Assembly: GCA_039801565.1 (NCBI GenBank)
Contig: JBDRUX010000012.1
Location: 1-34,700, forward strand
Direction: 5' to 3'
DNA from: a candidate division WOR-3 bacterium
GTDB lineage: Bacteria; Hydrothermota; Tepidihabitantia; Tepidihabitantales; JAOUPE01
DNA length: 34,700 nucleotides
In this document: in pieces, positions 1-8,703 of the stretch
Layout: each line of letters starts with the position of its first letter
How positions within the stretch are numbered: the first letter of the stretch is position 1
The notes under the pieces: model-generated
Databases searched by the model: none
Told to the model about the DNA's origin: nothing
What the model saw: only the letters and a program-made list of their open reading frames with translations
Translations under genes and position numbers: made by a program

Positions 1-73
1 ATTTCAACCTAAAAATGACCGATTTTTTCGTCTATCATCTTGGTCGTCCGTCACTTATGCCAATTTTTTCCTT

Positions 74-307
74 GGGAGGGGGTATCGTATAGGGGGTGAC
101 CCCGTAGGTAACCCCCTAAGCTACCCAGTAGGCTGCCTGGGGAGTTGGTTGGGGAGCAAGTTAGGGGGTTGGTTGGTAGGCGAGTTGGGGAGCGACTTCG
201 TAGGCGACCTCGGAAGCGGCTCGGTAGGCTACTTGGGAAGCAACCTCGGAGGTAAGCTCGGGAGCTACCCCCTAAGTTACTTAGGGAGCTGGTTCGTAGG
301 CTGGCTG
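74..307. repeat. Degenerate 12-bp tandem array 1 (~18 units) with GGGAGGGGGTAT head
   Basis: Unbroken 12-bp phase from 92: GGGGGTGACCCC, GTAGGTAACCCC, CTAAGCTACCCA, GTAGGCTGCCTG, GGGAGTTGGTTG ... GGGAGCTACCCC, CTAAGTTACTTA, GGGAGCTGGTTC, GTAGGCTGGCTG (ends 307). Same family as 7911-8126 and 34477-34589. Confidence 0.9.
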
Positions 308-353
308 ATAATTAAAAGTTGTGGGGTCTGTTGCGGCTTATACAGTTATCTGT

Positions 354-635
354 TTATCTATGAGCAGCCATTAGGTCAGCGATATGTTGCAAAGTTTCTT
401 GGGTTCGGCGATTCATCTCTTCAATCATCGCCTGAGTTCGACGATTTCCTTGCTCAATAAGTTCTCGAGTACTCCGGTTCACCTCTCCAATTAATTTCTT
501 TGCCCTCTCATCTTCACTTTGAATCAATCTATCGGTTCGTTTTGCCAAAGAAGTTGCGAAGATAATACCGAGAATGGCGATAACTACTAAACCAACGCCC
601 AAAACCACCGATGTTACTGCAAAGAAAATTACCAT
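354..635 (-). CDS. Small membrane-anchored coiled-coil hypothetical protein (93 aa)
   Basis: N-terminal hydrophobic helix, then 11-residue helical repeats (LIGEVNRSTRE/LIEQGNRRTQA/MIEEMNRRTQE). TATAAT lies 5 nt upstream of the ATG. Confidence 0.75.
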   Translation of the reverse strand: MVIFFAVTSVVLGVGLVVIAILGIIFATSLAKRTDRLIQSEDERAKKLIGEVNRSTRELIEQGNRRTQAMIEEMNRRTQETLQHIADLMAAHR

Positions 636-694
636 ATTTTATTATATTAGCAACAATAAAAAGTCAAGTGACAGCAATGCTAATATAAAATTTT

Positions 695-728
695 AAGGGC
701 GGGGATTTTGCCCCGCCCTTGGTTTTTT
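695..728. terminator. Intrinsic terminator after the large secreted-protein gene
   Basis: Hairpin AAGGGCGGGG-ATTTTG-CCCCGCCCTT just downstream of the stop at 738. Confidence 0.8.
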
Positions 729-737
729 AATCCTCTA

Positions 738-3700
738 CTATTGTCTTATTAGCACTGCTTTGTGTAAGAAGTTGTGAATATCAGCTTTCATTCGGATAAA
801 GTAAATGCCATTAGCAAGGTCTTTGCCCTGTTGGTCTTTGCCATCCCAAATTACTGAATATCGTCCAGCCGGCTGGGATGTTTCAGTAAGAGTTCGGACA
901 TTTCGTCCTGTGGCGTCAAATACCGCAAGTTTTACATTCGATGCAATCGGTAATCCGTAACTAATAAGAGTCCCTTTACCAAATGGGTTCGGTTTCGGTG
1001 GCGCAAGATAAAAATGAGTCGGCAACTTACTCTCTTTACCCATCGCACCCTCTTCTTTGGTCAATGTGGGTGGCGTGCCTTCATTCAGAACTATCCATTC
1101 AATCACGATTTCGGAATTGGTGTTAGCCACTGCGGTCGCTGAAGATTTATTGGATTCTGGAATATTCTTCTTCTCAAAGAGAAGTTCAAGGATTGTTACA
1201 TCACCATTCAGATTTTTAGTGCCAGCAATACCAATTCGGACCGAGCCATTTCTATCCGTTGCTGCAACCATAAATCCTTCGGTCGCTTTCGTTGTGCGTA
1301 TGCCTTTTAAGGTTAAATGCTTAGGATTATAGCGCACCAGCATATCCGCTGAAATTACATCTTTGGCACCGGTAACTTTAATTGGGAAAACAACAGTATT
1401 AACTGCAGGGACATCTAATTTAGAATTTAGAATTTCGAATTCTGAATTTTGAATATCTTCAGTGGTAATTTTCTTTTCAGTTGTCATTGCGAGTCCGCTT
1501 TGCGTGAACGAAACAATCTTATTCTGTAAATCCTGATTCCTGTATTCTGTATCCTGTCTTCTGATTCCTGTGTTCTCTGCGGTTATTTTATCTGGACTCT
1601 TCATTTCGCATTCCACATTCCGTATTCCGAATTCTAAATTCTCCTCACTATTCGGCATATTCAGACTATAGAATTGGTAATTACCCGCATCTGCCACTTC
1701 ATCCAATAAAGCCAAATATTCGGCTGGATGCCAGTTGCCGCTTGGGTCACCAAAAAGGATTGCTCGGTAGTCTTGGTTTATCTGATTCTCTCTTAAAGTA
1801 TCATAAGTCCTTGACGGTGGTCGAAACGCCCAGTCAACGGTATCCTGACCTGGCCTGTGACCAGCGGGAAAATGCTGTCTCACTCCAACGGCATATTGAA
1901 GCACCTGTCCTGCATCATAAGCAGTAACTGAACCGTTACCGCTCACATCACCAGCAATTCGTTGTAATGAATCAAGGGTATCTATACTAACAGCGTGCCT
2001 TAGAATTAAAGCTGCATCATAAGAACTGACTGCCGTCTGCCTTGCTGAGTTAATCTTGTAAGGACTGACCGTATAGTTTTGTAAAGACGGTAAACCAGTG
2101 AACTGATAAAATCCCGTCGAATCGGTAAGGGTTGTATCGTCAATCGCTCCAGAAATTACCACATTGGCTTCTGGAACACCGTCGTGTGTTCCACGGTAAT
2201 ATTCAATTTCACCGGAAATCTCACGCAGTGTCGAAACTGTAAATCGGAACGGATGGGCTTGGTATCCGCTCGAATTTCCAGCTCTATCAATCGCTTTAAC
2301 TCGCCAGAAATAAGTAGTATCCGATAACGGATAACTTCCCGGAACAGTATAAGTCGTATCCAAGGTTAGTGCGGCTCCTTTTAGTGAATCGAATAAACTA
2401 TCAGTCGCAAATACCAGCAAGTATCTGCCACTGTCACCAGCCGTTGCTGACCAGATGAAAGTTGGAGTTGAGGTATTAATGATTGTATCATCAGGTGGTG
2501 AAAGAAGGACAGGAATCTCAGGTGCATTGGCATCAACCGTGAACCTGAAAGCTTGCCGATAACCACTATGAACGCCCAACCTTGAAATCGCTTCAACTCG
2601 CCAGAAATATAAAGAATCGCTGAGCGCCATTGTATCAGGAACTGTATAAGCAGTATCTGTTAAACCTGAGACGATAACCACACCTTGCATAAAGGAGCTA
2701 TCAGCCGAATATTGTAAAGTATAAGTCCCTTGTATTCCCGCAGTAGCAGACCAGACAAATGTCGGTGTTGCATCGTTCGTAAAGGTTGAATCAGGCGGTA
2801 AAAGATAGACCGGCGGTGCAATGCCGGTTACAATAGTAACTGCGTCTGGAGTATCTGGCGGATTTTCTCTCCAACCGACATTGTCAGTAGCAATGCTATA
2901 AAAATAGTGCATCTGTTCATTTCTGCCAACGAAAGTAGCAGTTGTATCGGTAACACCAGTCAACCAGGGTATGAAATCACCGGTATCAAGTTTAACATAT
3001 ATGTCATAACATCGAATGCCAGAACCATTTGAGTCATCATTTCCAGACCAGTGAACAGTAAATTCGCCAGTTATTGTAGTCTCAGGTAAGGGATGCACAT
3101 AACTACTCGGTGGCAAGCCATCTATCGTATTTATAGTTGTATCTGTATTCATTGGTGGATTAATATCAAATACTATTGTTGCATGATTTCGAATTTGGGT
3201 TCCAGATTGCAAATTCTCTTTCGGCATTACACTAAATCTACACCATCCTTCACCTTCGGGTGGATTTCTATTCGGTGGCAAATTTATACCTCTAAATAAC
3301 CAATATATCGTCCTTGTCGTAGAGTCAACTAAAGTTGTACATACTGAGGGATGGCTAACACCCGCTAAATTCAGTGTGCTCAAGTCAAGATTGCTATCGA
3401 CCTTGTCAAGAACAAGTATTGTTTCTGCAGGAGCGGTTGCGGAGTCCACATTTTCAAAGTATACTGTGTAGTTAAAGCTTTGATGTGGTGTTACGAAATG
3501 ATACACAGGATCGAAACCCGTTAACCCAATTTTCGCATTCGGGTCCCAACTGTAAACTACTTCGATATTCTTCACTAAAGCACGCAGCCATGTGACCTTA
3601 TACTGCAGACCCAGTTCGACTATTGACTTAAGTAAAAAGAAAAAGCCAGGATAAGTGTCCCAACGACCACCCGCCCAAATCCAGAGGTCAGCCGGTGAAT

Positions 3701-6700
3701 ATATGAGAGGTTCCAGCACGTTTGGAATAATACCATCCCCTAACTCTTCGAGCATCCACTCAATTATTGATGCGCAGTTAATGAAAGGTCCCTTCTTAGT
3801 AAAATCTGGGCCAAAATAAAAGAATTCAGCTCTCCGTTCATAAAGGTCCTTGATTTTTGTTGCAAGCCCATCTCTGTAGTTAGGGCCTGGATCGAATGCA
3901 CCGCTAAATCCATATTTATTTCGCCACGCATTTAGTGGCAACTTTTCCATACAGGTTCCAGGTGGGGTCCCGGATGCTTCCGGAACGGCCGCAATAACAT
4001 AAAGTTGTCCGCCCTCCTCGATTACTGTTCCGCAATGAGCTACCCCTGTGTTAGGGTAGCTGCCAAAAATGACAAAACCATTATTTAATTGCTGTTCGGA
4101 TACCCACCTTCGTTTTTGTATTGGTACAATAGGTTGGAATAAGGCAGATAGGTATACTCTTGCTTTCATTAGTTGCTCAATTGATAGCACACTTATCGCT
4201 TTCAATTTGATAGGAACATCTATTCTTGAGCCGGGAGGGATACGGTTCACACCGAATGAAACGTAAGTTCCAATAGAATCTTGTTCTATTGGAAAAAATA
4301 ACTGTTTATAGTCATTAATTCCTTGAGCCCGCAAAGTGAACGTATCCTGAACAAATTCAAGTCCAGATGGAAGAACTAACAATACTCTAACACCGTATGC
4401 ATCGATGTTTCCTGAATTTTCCAGCGTGACAATGTAGTCTGACACTCTTCCGAGTCTAATTTGAGTTCTCCCTATAAGGTCAATCCACAATTCGCTTTTG
4501 CCAGTTTCGATTACAAAACCATCAAAGAATATTGCGCTTAAGCTATCTGGATTCATTACTACGATATTCCAATTTCCTAATTGTTTTCCTGCAAGTCCAA
4601 TGGTTGCTTTTATCGTTGTTGAATCTATGACATTTGTCCATGTCGAATCAGCAACAATATCTGGCTGACCTGCTTTCGTTAGTTTAACTCTCGCTCCAGG
4701 TTGAAATCGTTGTCCAGTTATCGTCACTGTCACTGAACCCGTATTTCCCCCGCGGTTGGGTGAAATTGAATATATGACCGGTCCGATGGTATCTTGCACT
4801 ATCACAACACCTTTTTTGATATCGTTTTTGGGGTATTCATCGCCATCAAGCATGGTTGAACAAGATACAACATAAGTCCCTGGTTGAGTTGCATGCCATT
4901 CACTGAAAACTATTGTATCAATTTCTCCGGGAGAAAGTGAGGCATTTATTGTATCCTCATAAAATGGACTTATACGGAAAGTAACAGGAAAAGTCTCATA
5001 CGATAGTCCAAAATTCCCAACAATAGCCTTTGGGATTATAGACGTATCCAATGGAACAATTCCCGAAGGAGCAAGAATAGATAATGTACCAACATTGTGG
5101 ATATATCCTGCAGCCCATGACCAGAATGATGCTGAATTCTTCACAGCAAATTCAATAGTCACTGTGTCGGGACCAACTAAGTAATGAAAAGGTCCATCCA
5201 TTGAAACACCAGTTCCACAGTAAATATCGTGTTCTTGTATGTCTCGATAACCGATAACTTCGTCATACCTTGAGTCCCAAATTCCTGCGGCAAGTGAAGC
5301 ACCACGATAAAGTGCCCGGTGACCACCGGGATAAGGAATCATCATTCTTACAAATCCGCTGTCAGGAGTATTAACAGCGAGACTGTCATAAGGAGTATAG
5401 TTATCCCCACCCGGCTCCCAATATGAGCCGCATTCAAATGAATCAGCTACAGTTAGGCAGAGTTTAGCAGTTAATTCAAAACCAATGTTTGTTCCCCATC
5501 GCATTTTAATTAGCTTTGAACCATACATTGGATTTTCATAACGAAACCAAGCGCTGTCAGTGCCAACAAACCAGTCGCGACATATTGTCCCTTCTTCGTA
5601 TCTTATGCGCTCGAGACCGCCTCCGAGCCAATCGTTCCAATATTGGTCAAGTAATTCCTGATTTGAACCCAACTTATAAGTAAGTTCATCAATCATTCCT
5701 CTGTTATGGTCAAAATGAATTCTAACAATTGAATTATCTATCAAAGTTGGGGGTTCGAGTCGATAAGCTTCATGCCAAGCGATATAGATAGGCAATCCGT
5801 TCTGAAAATTGTCCTGAGCATCAATACTTGGATAAGTTCGACGAGCATTACGAGTTTGAAAAGGGCCGTATTCTGTCCAATTCTGCCCTCGATTAGTAGA
5901 ATATGCTAAATGAACAGTAGAGTAATTTTCAGGGTCTCCGGTACTTTTGCCGTAAATAACAGCAATTGATTGGCCGTCATTGGCAGCAACAATACTCTTA
6001 CCAGAAGTACCTAAAATTACTCTGCAATTTGGAACTTGAGCAATAACTACAGGTTGAGAGGGATTGGAACCAAAATTATAAGTGTTAAAGTAGAGAGTTG
6101 TTGGCACCAGACCTGGGTCGGGGTCTGTGTATTGTACATAAATAAAATGTAATCTTGGAGTATCATTAACAATCGGCACATTGTGAGCAAGTTCAACTGC
6201 TGATTCTAATATAGCTTCACCATCGTTAGTAATTTCGCCTTTATCTTGCCAAGTGTCTTGAGGACTTGGACGATATTTTAACCTTACATCCCAGTCATTT
6301 CCAGATGTATAGGTAAATGTAACATATAACCGGCCTAAACTATCGGCACCGATTGATGGCCAAGAACAGAAGCGTCCACCTAATTGCGAGGAGTCACCCC
6401 AAAGTAATTTCTCGCTCCAAACTCTGTTTCCTATGCTTCCACCGATTGGTTCGTAGAACCAAAGGTCACCGAATTCATAATGTTCTCCACTAGGATGGGG
6501 TGACGAGTACTTCACTAGAACTCTTGGTATATTATTAACCACCTCGCAATCAAAAGCCTGCCAATAGGTTGATGCACTGTCATAAGGCGTTGTTCCGGTT
6601 GTGCAAACTACTGGTTTTGGTGTAGTCCAGGTTAAACCATAGTCATTAGATTCTGAATAATAGGGCCAATATTTTTTATAGTTTCTTAGTGTCATTTCAT

Positions 6701-7154
6701 ACCATACCCAGAGAGCAAAAACATAACCATTTTCCCCGAAGCGGATGTGAGGAGACCCCATTACTTCACGTATAGTATCAAACATAGGTCTTCCGGCATC
6801 CCAAGTGCGACCACCATTTGTCGAACGCCAGATATAAATACTCTCAGTCATAAGATAAGTGCTATTATTTGCCGCCGTGTAAAGAATGGTTTCACCTTTA
6901 ACAGCAATGCAGGGCAGCCAGACATCACGAGTTCTACTGTTTGGTAATTCAAGGGCTGGTTTGAAATTCCCTGCTGGAAAGCCGCTGGTGTCTTTTGAGA
7001 AGAAAGCAGCACTGGCTCGATATACTGGTTGGTCAAGACCATTGTTAGCATCGTCGAATGGTACTGCTTGATTTTCCAGTGCCTTGTTAGGCTGAACCGC
7101 ACTGGCAAAGGAAAAGAAAACCAAAAGGGTTAAAAACAAACTTCCAACCTTCAT
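738..7154 (-). CDS. Large modular secreted protein (~2138 aa): signal peptide, BNR/Asp-box propeller, CARDB/Ig, IPT/TIG, DUF11-like, permuted papain-like insert, 'DPN' domain, Fn3/Ig repeats, dockerin, cohesin, C-terminal FlgD-Ig/T9SS-like domain
   Basis: GGAGGT RBS before ATG 7154. Signal MKVGSLFLTLLVFFSFASA; Asp-boxes STNGGRTW, SNDYGLTW, STNRGQNW; SISPNRGGNTG (IPT); YSWDPNAKIG; GDVSGNGSVTAYDA (dockerin); VVFPIKVTGAKDVISADMLVRYNP (cohesin-like); PNPF...IWDGKDQQG...GIYFIRM tail. Confidence 0.9.
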   Translation of the reverse strand: MKVGSLFLTLLVFFSFASAVQPNKALENQAVPFDDANNGLDQPVYRASAAFFSKDTSGFPAGNFKPALELPNSRTRDVWLPCIAVKGETILYTAANNSTYLMTESIYIWRSTNGGRTWDAGRPMFDTIREVMGSPHIRFGENGYVFALWVWYEMTLRNYKKYWPYYSESNDYGLTWTTPKPVVCTTGTTPYDSASTYWQAFDCEVVNNIPRVLVKYSSPHPSGEHYEFGDLWFYEPIGGSIGNRVWSEKLLWGDSSQLGGRFCSWPSIGADSLGRLYVTFTYTSGNDWDVRLKYRPSPQDTWQDKGEITNDGEAILESAVELAHNVPIVNDTPRLHFIYVQYTDPDPGLVPTTLYFNTYNFGSNPSQPVVIAQVPNCRVILGTSGKSIVAANDGQSIAVIYGKSTGDPENYSTVHLAYSTNRGQNWTEYGPFQTRNARRTYPSIDAQDNFQNGLPIYIAWHEAYRLEPPTLIDNSIVRIHFDHNRGMIDELTYKLGSNQELLDQYWNDWLGGGLERIRYEEGTICRDWFVGTDSAWFRYENPMYGSKLIKMRWGTNIGFELTAKLCLTVADSFECGSYWEPGGDNYTPYDSLAVNTPDSGFVRMMIPYPGGHRALYRGASLAAGIWDSRYDEVIGYRDIQEHDIYCGTGVSMDGPFHYLVGPDTVTIEFAVKNSASFWSWAAGYIHNVGTLSILAPSGIVPLDTSIIPKAIVGNFGLSYETFPVTFRISPFYEDTINASLSPGEIDTIVFSEWHATQPGTYVVSCSTMLDGDEYPKNDIKKGVVIVQDTIGPVIYSISPNRGGNTGSVTVTITGQRFQPGARVKLTKAGQPDIVADSTWTNVIDSTTIKATIGLAGKQLGNWNIVVMNPDSLSAIFFDGFVIETGKSELWIDLIGRTQIRLGRVSDYIVTLENSGNIDAYGVRVLLVLPSGLEFVQDTFTLRAQGINDYKQLFFPIEQDSIGTYVSFGVNRIPPGSRIDVPIKLKAISVLSIEQLMKARVYLSALFQPIVPIQKRRWVSEQQLNNGFVIFGSYPNTGVAHCGTVIEEGGQLYVIAAVPEASGTPPGTCMEKLPLNAWRNKYGFSGAFDPGPNYRDGLATKIKDLYERRAEFFYFGPDFTKKGPFINCASIIEWMLEELGDGIIPNVLEPLIYSPADLWIWAGGRWDTYPGFFFLLKSIVELGLQYKVTWLRALVKNIEVVYSWDPNAKIGLTGFDPVYHFVTPHQSFNYTVYFENVDSATAPAETILVLDKVDSNLDLSTLNLAGVSHPSVCTTLVDSTTRTIYWLFRGINLPPNRNPPEGEGWCRFSVMPKENLQSGTQIRNHATIVFDINPPMNTDTTINTIDGLPPSSYVHPLPETTITGEFTVHWSGNDDSNGSGIRCYDIYVKLDTGDFIPWLTGVTDTTATFVGRNEQMHYFYSIATDNVGWRENPPDTPDAVTIVTGIAPPVYLLPPDSTFTNDATPTFVWSATAGIQGTYTLQYSADSSFMQGVVIVSGLTDTAYTVPDTMALSDSLYFWRVEAISRLGVHSGYRQAFRFTVDANAPEIPVLLSPPDDTIINTSTPTFIWSATAGDSGRYLLVFATDSLFDSLKGAALTLDTTYTVPGSYPLSDTTYFWRVKAIDRAGNSSGYQAHPFRFTVSTLREISGEIEYYRGTHDGVPEANVVISGAIDDTTLTDSTGFYQFTGLPSLQNYTVSPYKINSARQTAVSSYDAALILRHAVSIDTLDSLQRIAGDVSGNGSVTAYDAGQVLQYAVGVRQHFPAGHRPGQDTVDWAFRPPSRTYDTLRENQINQDYRAILFGDPSGNWHPAEYLALLDEVADAGNYQFYSLNMPNSEENLEFGIRNVECEMKSPDKITAENTGIRRQDTEYRNQDLQNKIVSFTQSGLAMTTEKKITTEDIQNSEFEILNSKLDVPAVNTVVFPIKVTGAKDVISADMLVRYNPKHLTLKGIRTTKATEGFMVAATDRNGSVRIGIAGTKNLNGDVTILELLFEKKNIPESNKSSATAVANTNSEIVIEWIVLNEGTPPTLTKEEGAMGKESKLPTHFYLAPPKPNPFGKGTLISYGLPIASNVKLAVFDATGRNVRTLTETSQPAGRYSVIWDGKDQQGKDLANGIYFIRMKADIHNFLHKAVLIRQ

Positions 7155-7306
7155 TGCTACCTCCTTTTGCCCCAATACCAATTGATCTAAAATATCTGGT
7201 TGGGACTGGGAAGTCCCTCCGACTGGTTAAAATGTGCTGGGCAGTTGTTTGTTGTTGGTTTTTGGTTGTTAGTCCGCTTAATGCGGATTGGTTTTTAGTT
7301 GTTAGA

Positions 7307-7519
7307 TTAAATACCATAACTCCTGCTTATTCGAGCAGTTTGTTTGGGGTTGTTTTTCGGCACAATCCCAAAGCCATTTTTTACATTTATGCTGTATTCA
7401 TTAAGTCTGAAGTCGGTCATCTCGAAAATTTTAGTTTTTGGGTCAAAAGTTATCTGGAAATGGTGTAAATAACTCCAGCCAGAGAGCGCAATGCCAACAT
7501 CGGTTAAATCTTTCGCCAT
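7307..7519 (-). CDS. Short hypothetical ORF (70 aa), possibly a gene fragment
   Basis: ATG with upstream GAAAGG, downstream of a TTGACA/TATTAT promoter-like site near 7733-7761. No recognisable family. Confidence 0.3.
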   Translation of the reverse strand: MAKDLTDVGIALSGWSYLHHFQITFDPKTKIFEMTDFRLNEYSINVKNGFGIVPKNNPKQTARISRSYGI

Positions 7520-7910
7520 TTGCTCTAACCTTTCATAGAATCTAAAAGTTGCTTCGAATTCGTTTTAATTAAAAGCGCTTCGCTAAAACCGGCGGTGCGT
7601 ATCAATCGCGTTAATCGGTGCATTCCTCGACTCCTAAACAACTATAGTTGCTAAATAACCTATCCGAATTATCAGTCCCTTGGCGAGTCATATTTTCTTT
7701 ATTCTTTAATAGCCTAACTTTTAGTTGTTTGAATAATACCGAATTTTACAGACTTTGTCAAGAGAAAAGTTGCAAAAAATTGGCATTTTTGTGTCAGAAA
7801 AATTATGCTTATGTAAGTATATAAAATTGACACAATTTCTGTCTATCTATTTGATTTCTTATGTCTTATATTAAATTTTTCTTTTTGAGAAAGGCGGTTT
7901 ACCGAATTAT

Positions 7911-8126
7911 GAAGGCGACTCTCTAAGTCGCCTCGTAGGTTGCTACCTAAGTTGCTTGGTAGGTTGCTTTCTGGGTTGGGCAGGGAGCAAGTTGGTAAGC
8001 TGGTTAGGGAGCTGGTTGGGTGGCAACCTCGGAGACGGGTTAGGGAGTGGGTCGGGAGGTCGGCTAGGAGCTGTCTTGGAGGTTAATTCGTAGGCTACCC
8101 CGTAAGTTGGCTCAGGGGGCAAGCTC
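7911..8126. repeat. Degenerate 12-bp tandem array 2 (~18 units)
   Basis: Units GAAGGCGACTCT, CTAAGTCGCCTC, GTAGGTTGCTAC, CTAAGTTGCTTG, GTAGGTTGCTTT ... GGGAGCAAGTTG, GGGAGCTGGTTG, GTAGGCTACCCC, GGGGGCAAGCTC. One 11-bp unit (8067-8077) and one extra base (8114). Confidence 0.9.
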
Positions 8127-8190
8127 GTCCTTATTTTTCGGTCTGTTGAGACGACTGACATTTCAATAAATGCTTCCTTCTGTGGCACTA

Positions 8191-8681
8191 TTAAGTTTTA
8201 TCTCCAACAAGTCTATCATTGGCTACATAAGTAGCACTCCATTTATCATGAAAGCCAGTTTTTTTTCTCTCTAAAAAAGACGCTGGTTCAAATGGAATAA
8301 ATCTTATCAAGGTTCTAATCAACAACCGCCAAAAGTCCGGCTTAGAGCCATCAACCGTCATAACTCTGGTTCGTGTTAAAAATTTTCCAGGTGTTTTCTG
8401 GAAAATCGCTTCGAAAAAGAAATAGTAAAAAAATAAATCAACAACCGTGGTACTAAATGTTCTACATAACGTCCGACTATTAATTCTTCTTCAAATTTCA
8501 TAAGTACACCGATGAAAAATGAATCAGCAATGAAATTTAAAAATCGTAGCTTTTTAGAGGCTATATCAGGAAAACGAATTTTTTCTTCTTCTACCTGACA
8601 ATTATAACACATGCTCTGTCTACCAAAAACGTTAGCATCCAACAATGTAACCTTTTTCCCACATTTCTTACAAATTGGCAT
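8191..8681 (-). pseudogene. RDD-family membrane protein with N-terminal Zn ribbon, two frameshifts (integron cassette 2)
   Basis: AGGAGG RBS; CxxC...CxxC; ASKKLRFLNFIAD. After a shift in a T-run near 8430 it reads YYFFFEAIFQKTPGKFLTRTRV...IRTLIRFIPFE. After a second shift in an A-run near 8260 it reads TGFHDKWSATYV...stop at 8191. Confidence 0.8.
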
Positions 8682-8703
8682 TTATACCTCCTTTCAATCC
8701 AAC

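Noticed and set aside
74..307. CRISPR array or replication iterons
   Set aside because: No constant repeat with unique spacers, no cas or rep gene, and units are contiguous and degenerate. G-quadruplex formation near 140-190 is possible but would not explain the 12-bp phase.
149..460. 103-aa ORF of G-S-x-L repeats
   Set aside because: It is the translation of array 1, with a TTG start inside the array, no clear RBS, and overlap with a convergent gene. Arrays 2 and 3 contain 11-bp units that break frame.
7255..7306. Direct repeat TTGGTTTTTRGTTGTTAG, two copies upstream of the large gene
   Set aside because: Low complexity and heptamer-like; cannot be separated from the short periodic repeats, so not called an operator.
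7943..8188. 81-aa Pro-rich (PNQL) ORF
   Set aside because: Antisense reading of array 2; a by-product of the 12-bp period.
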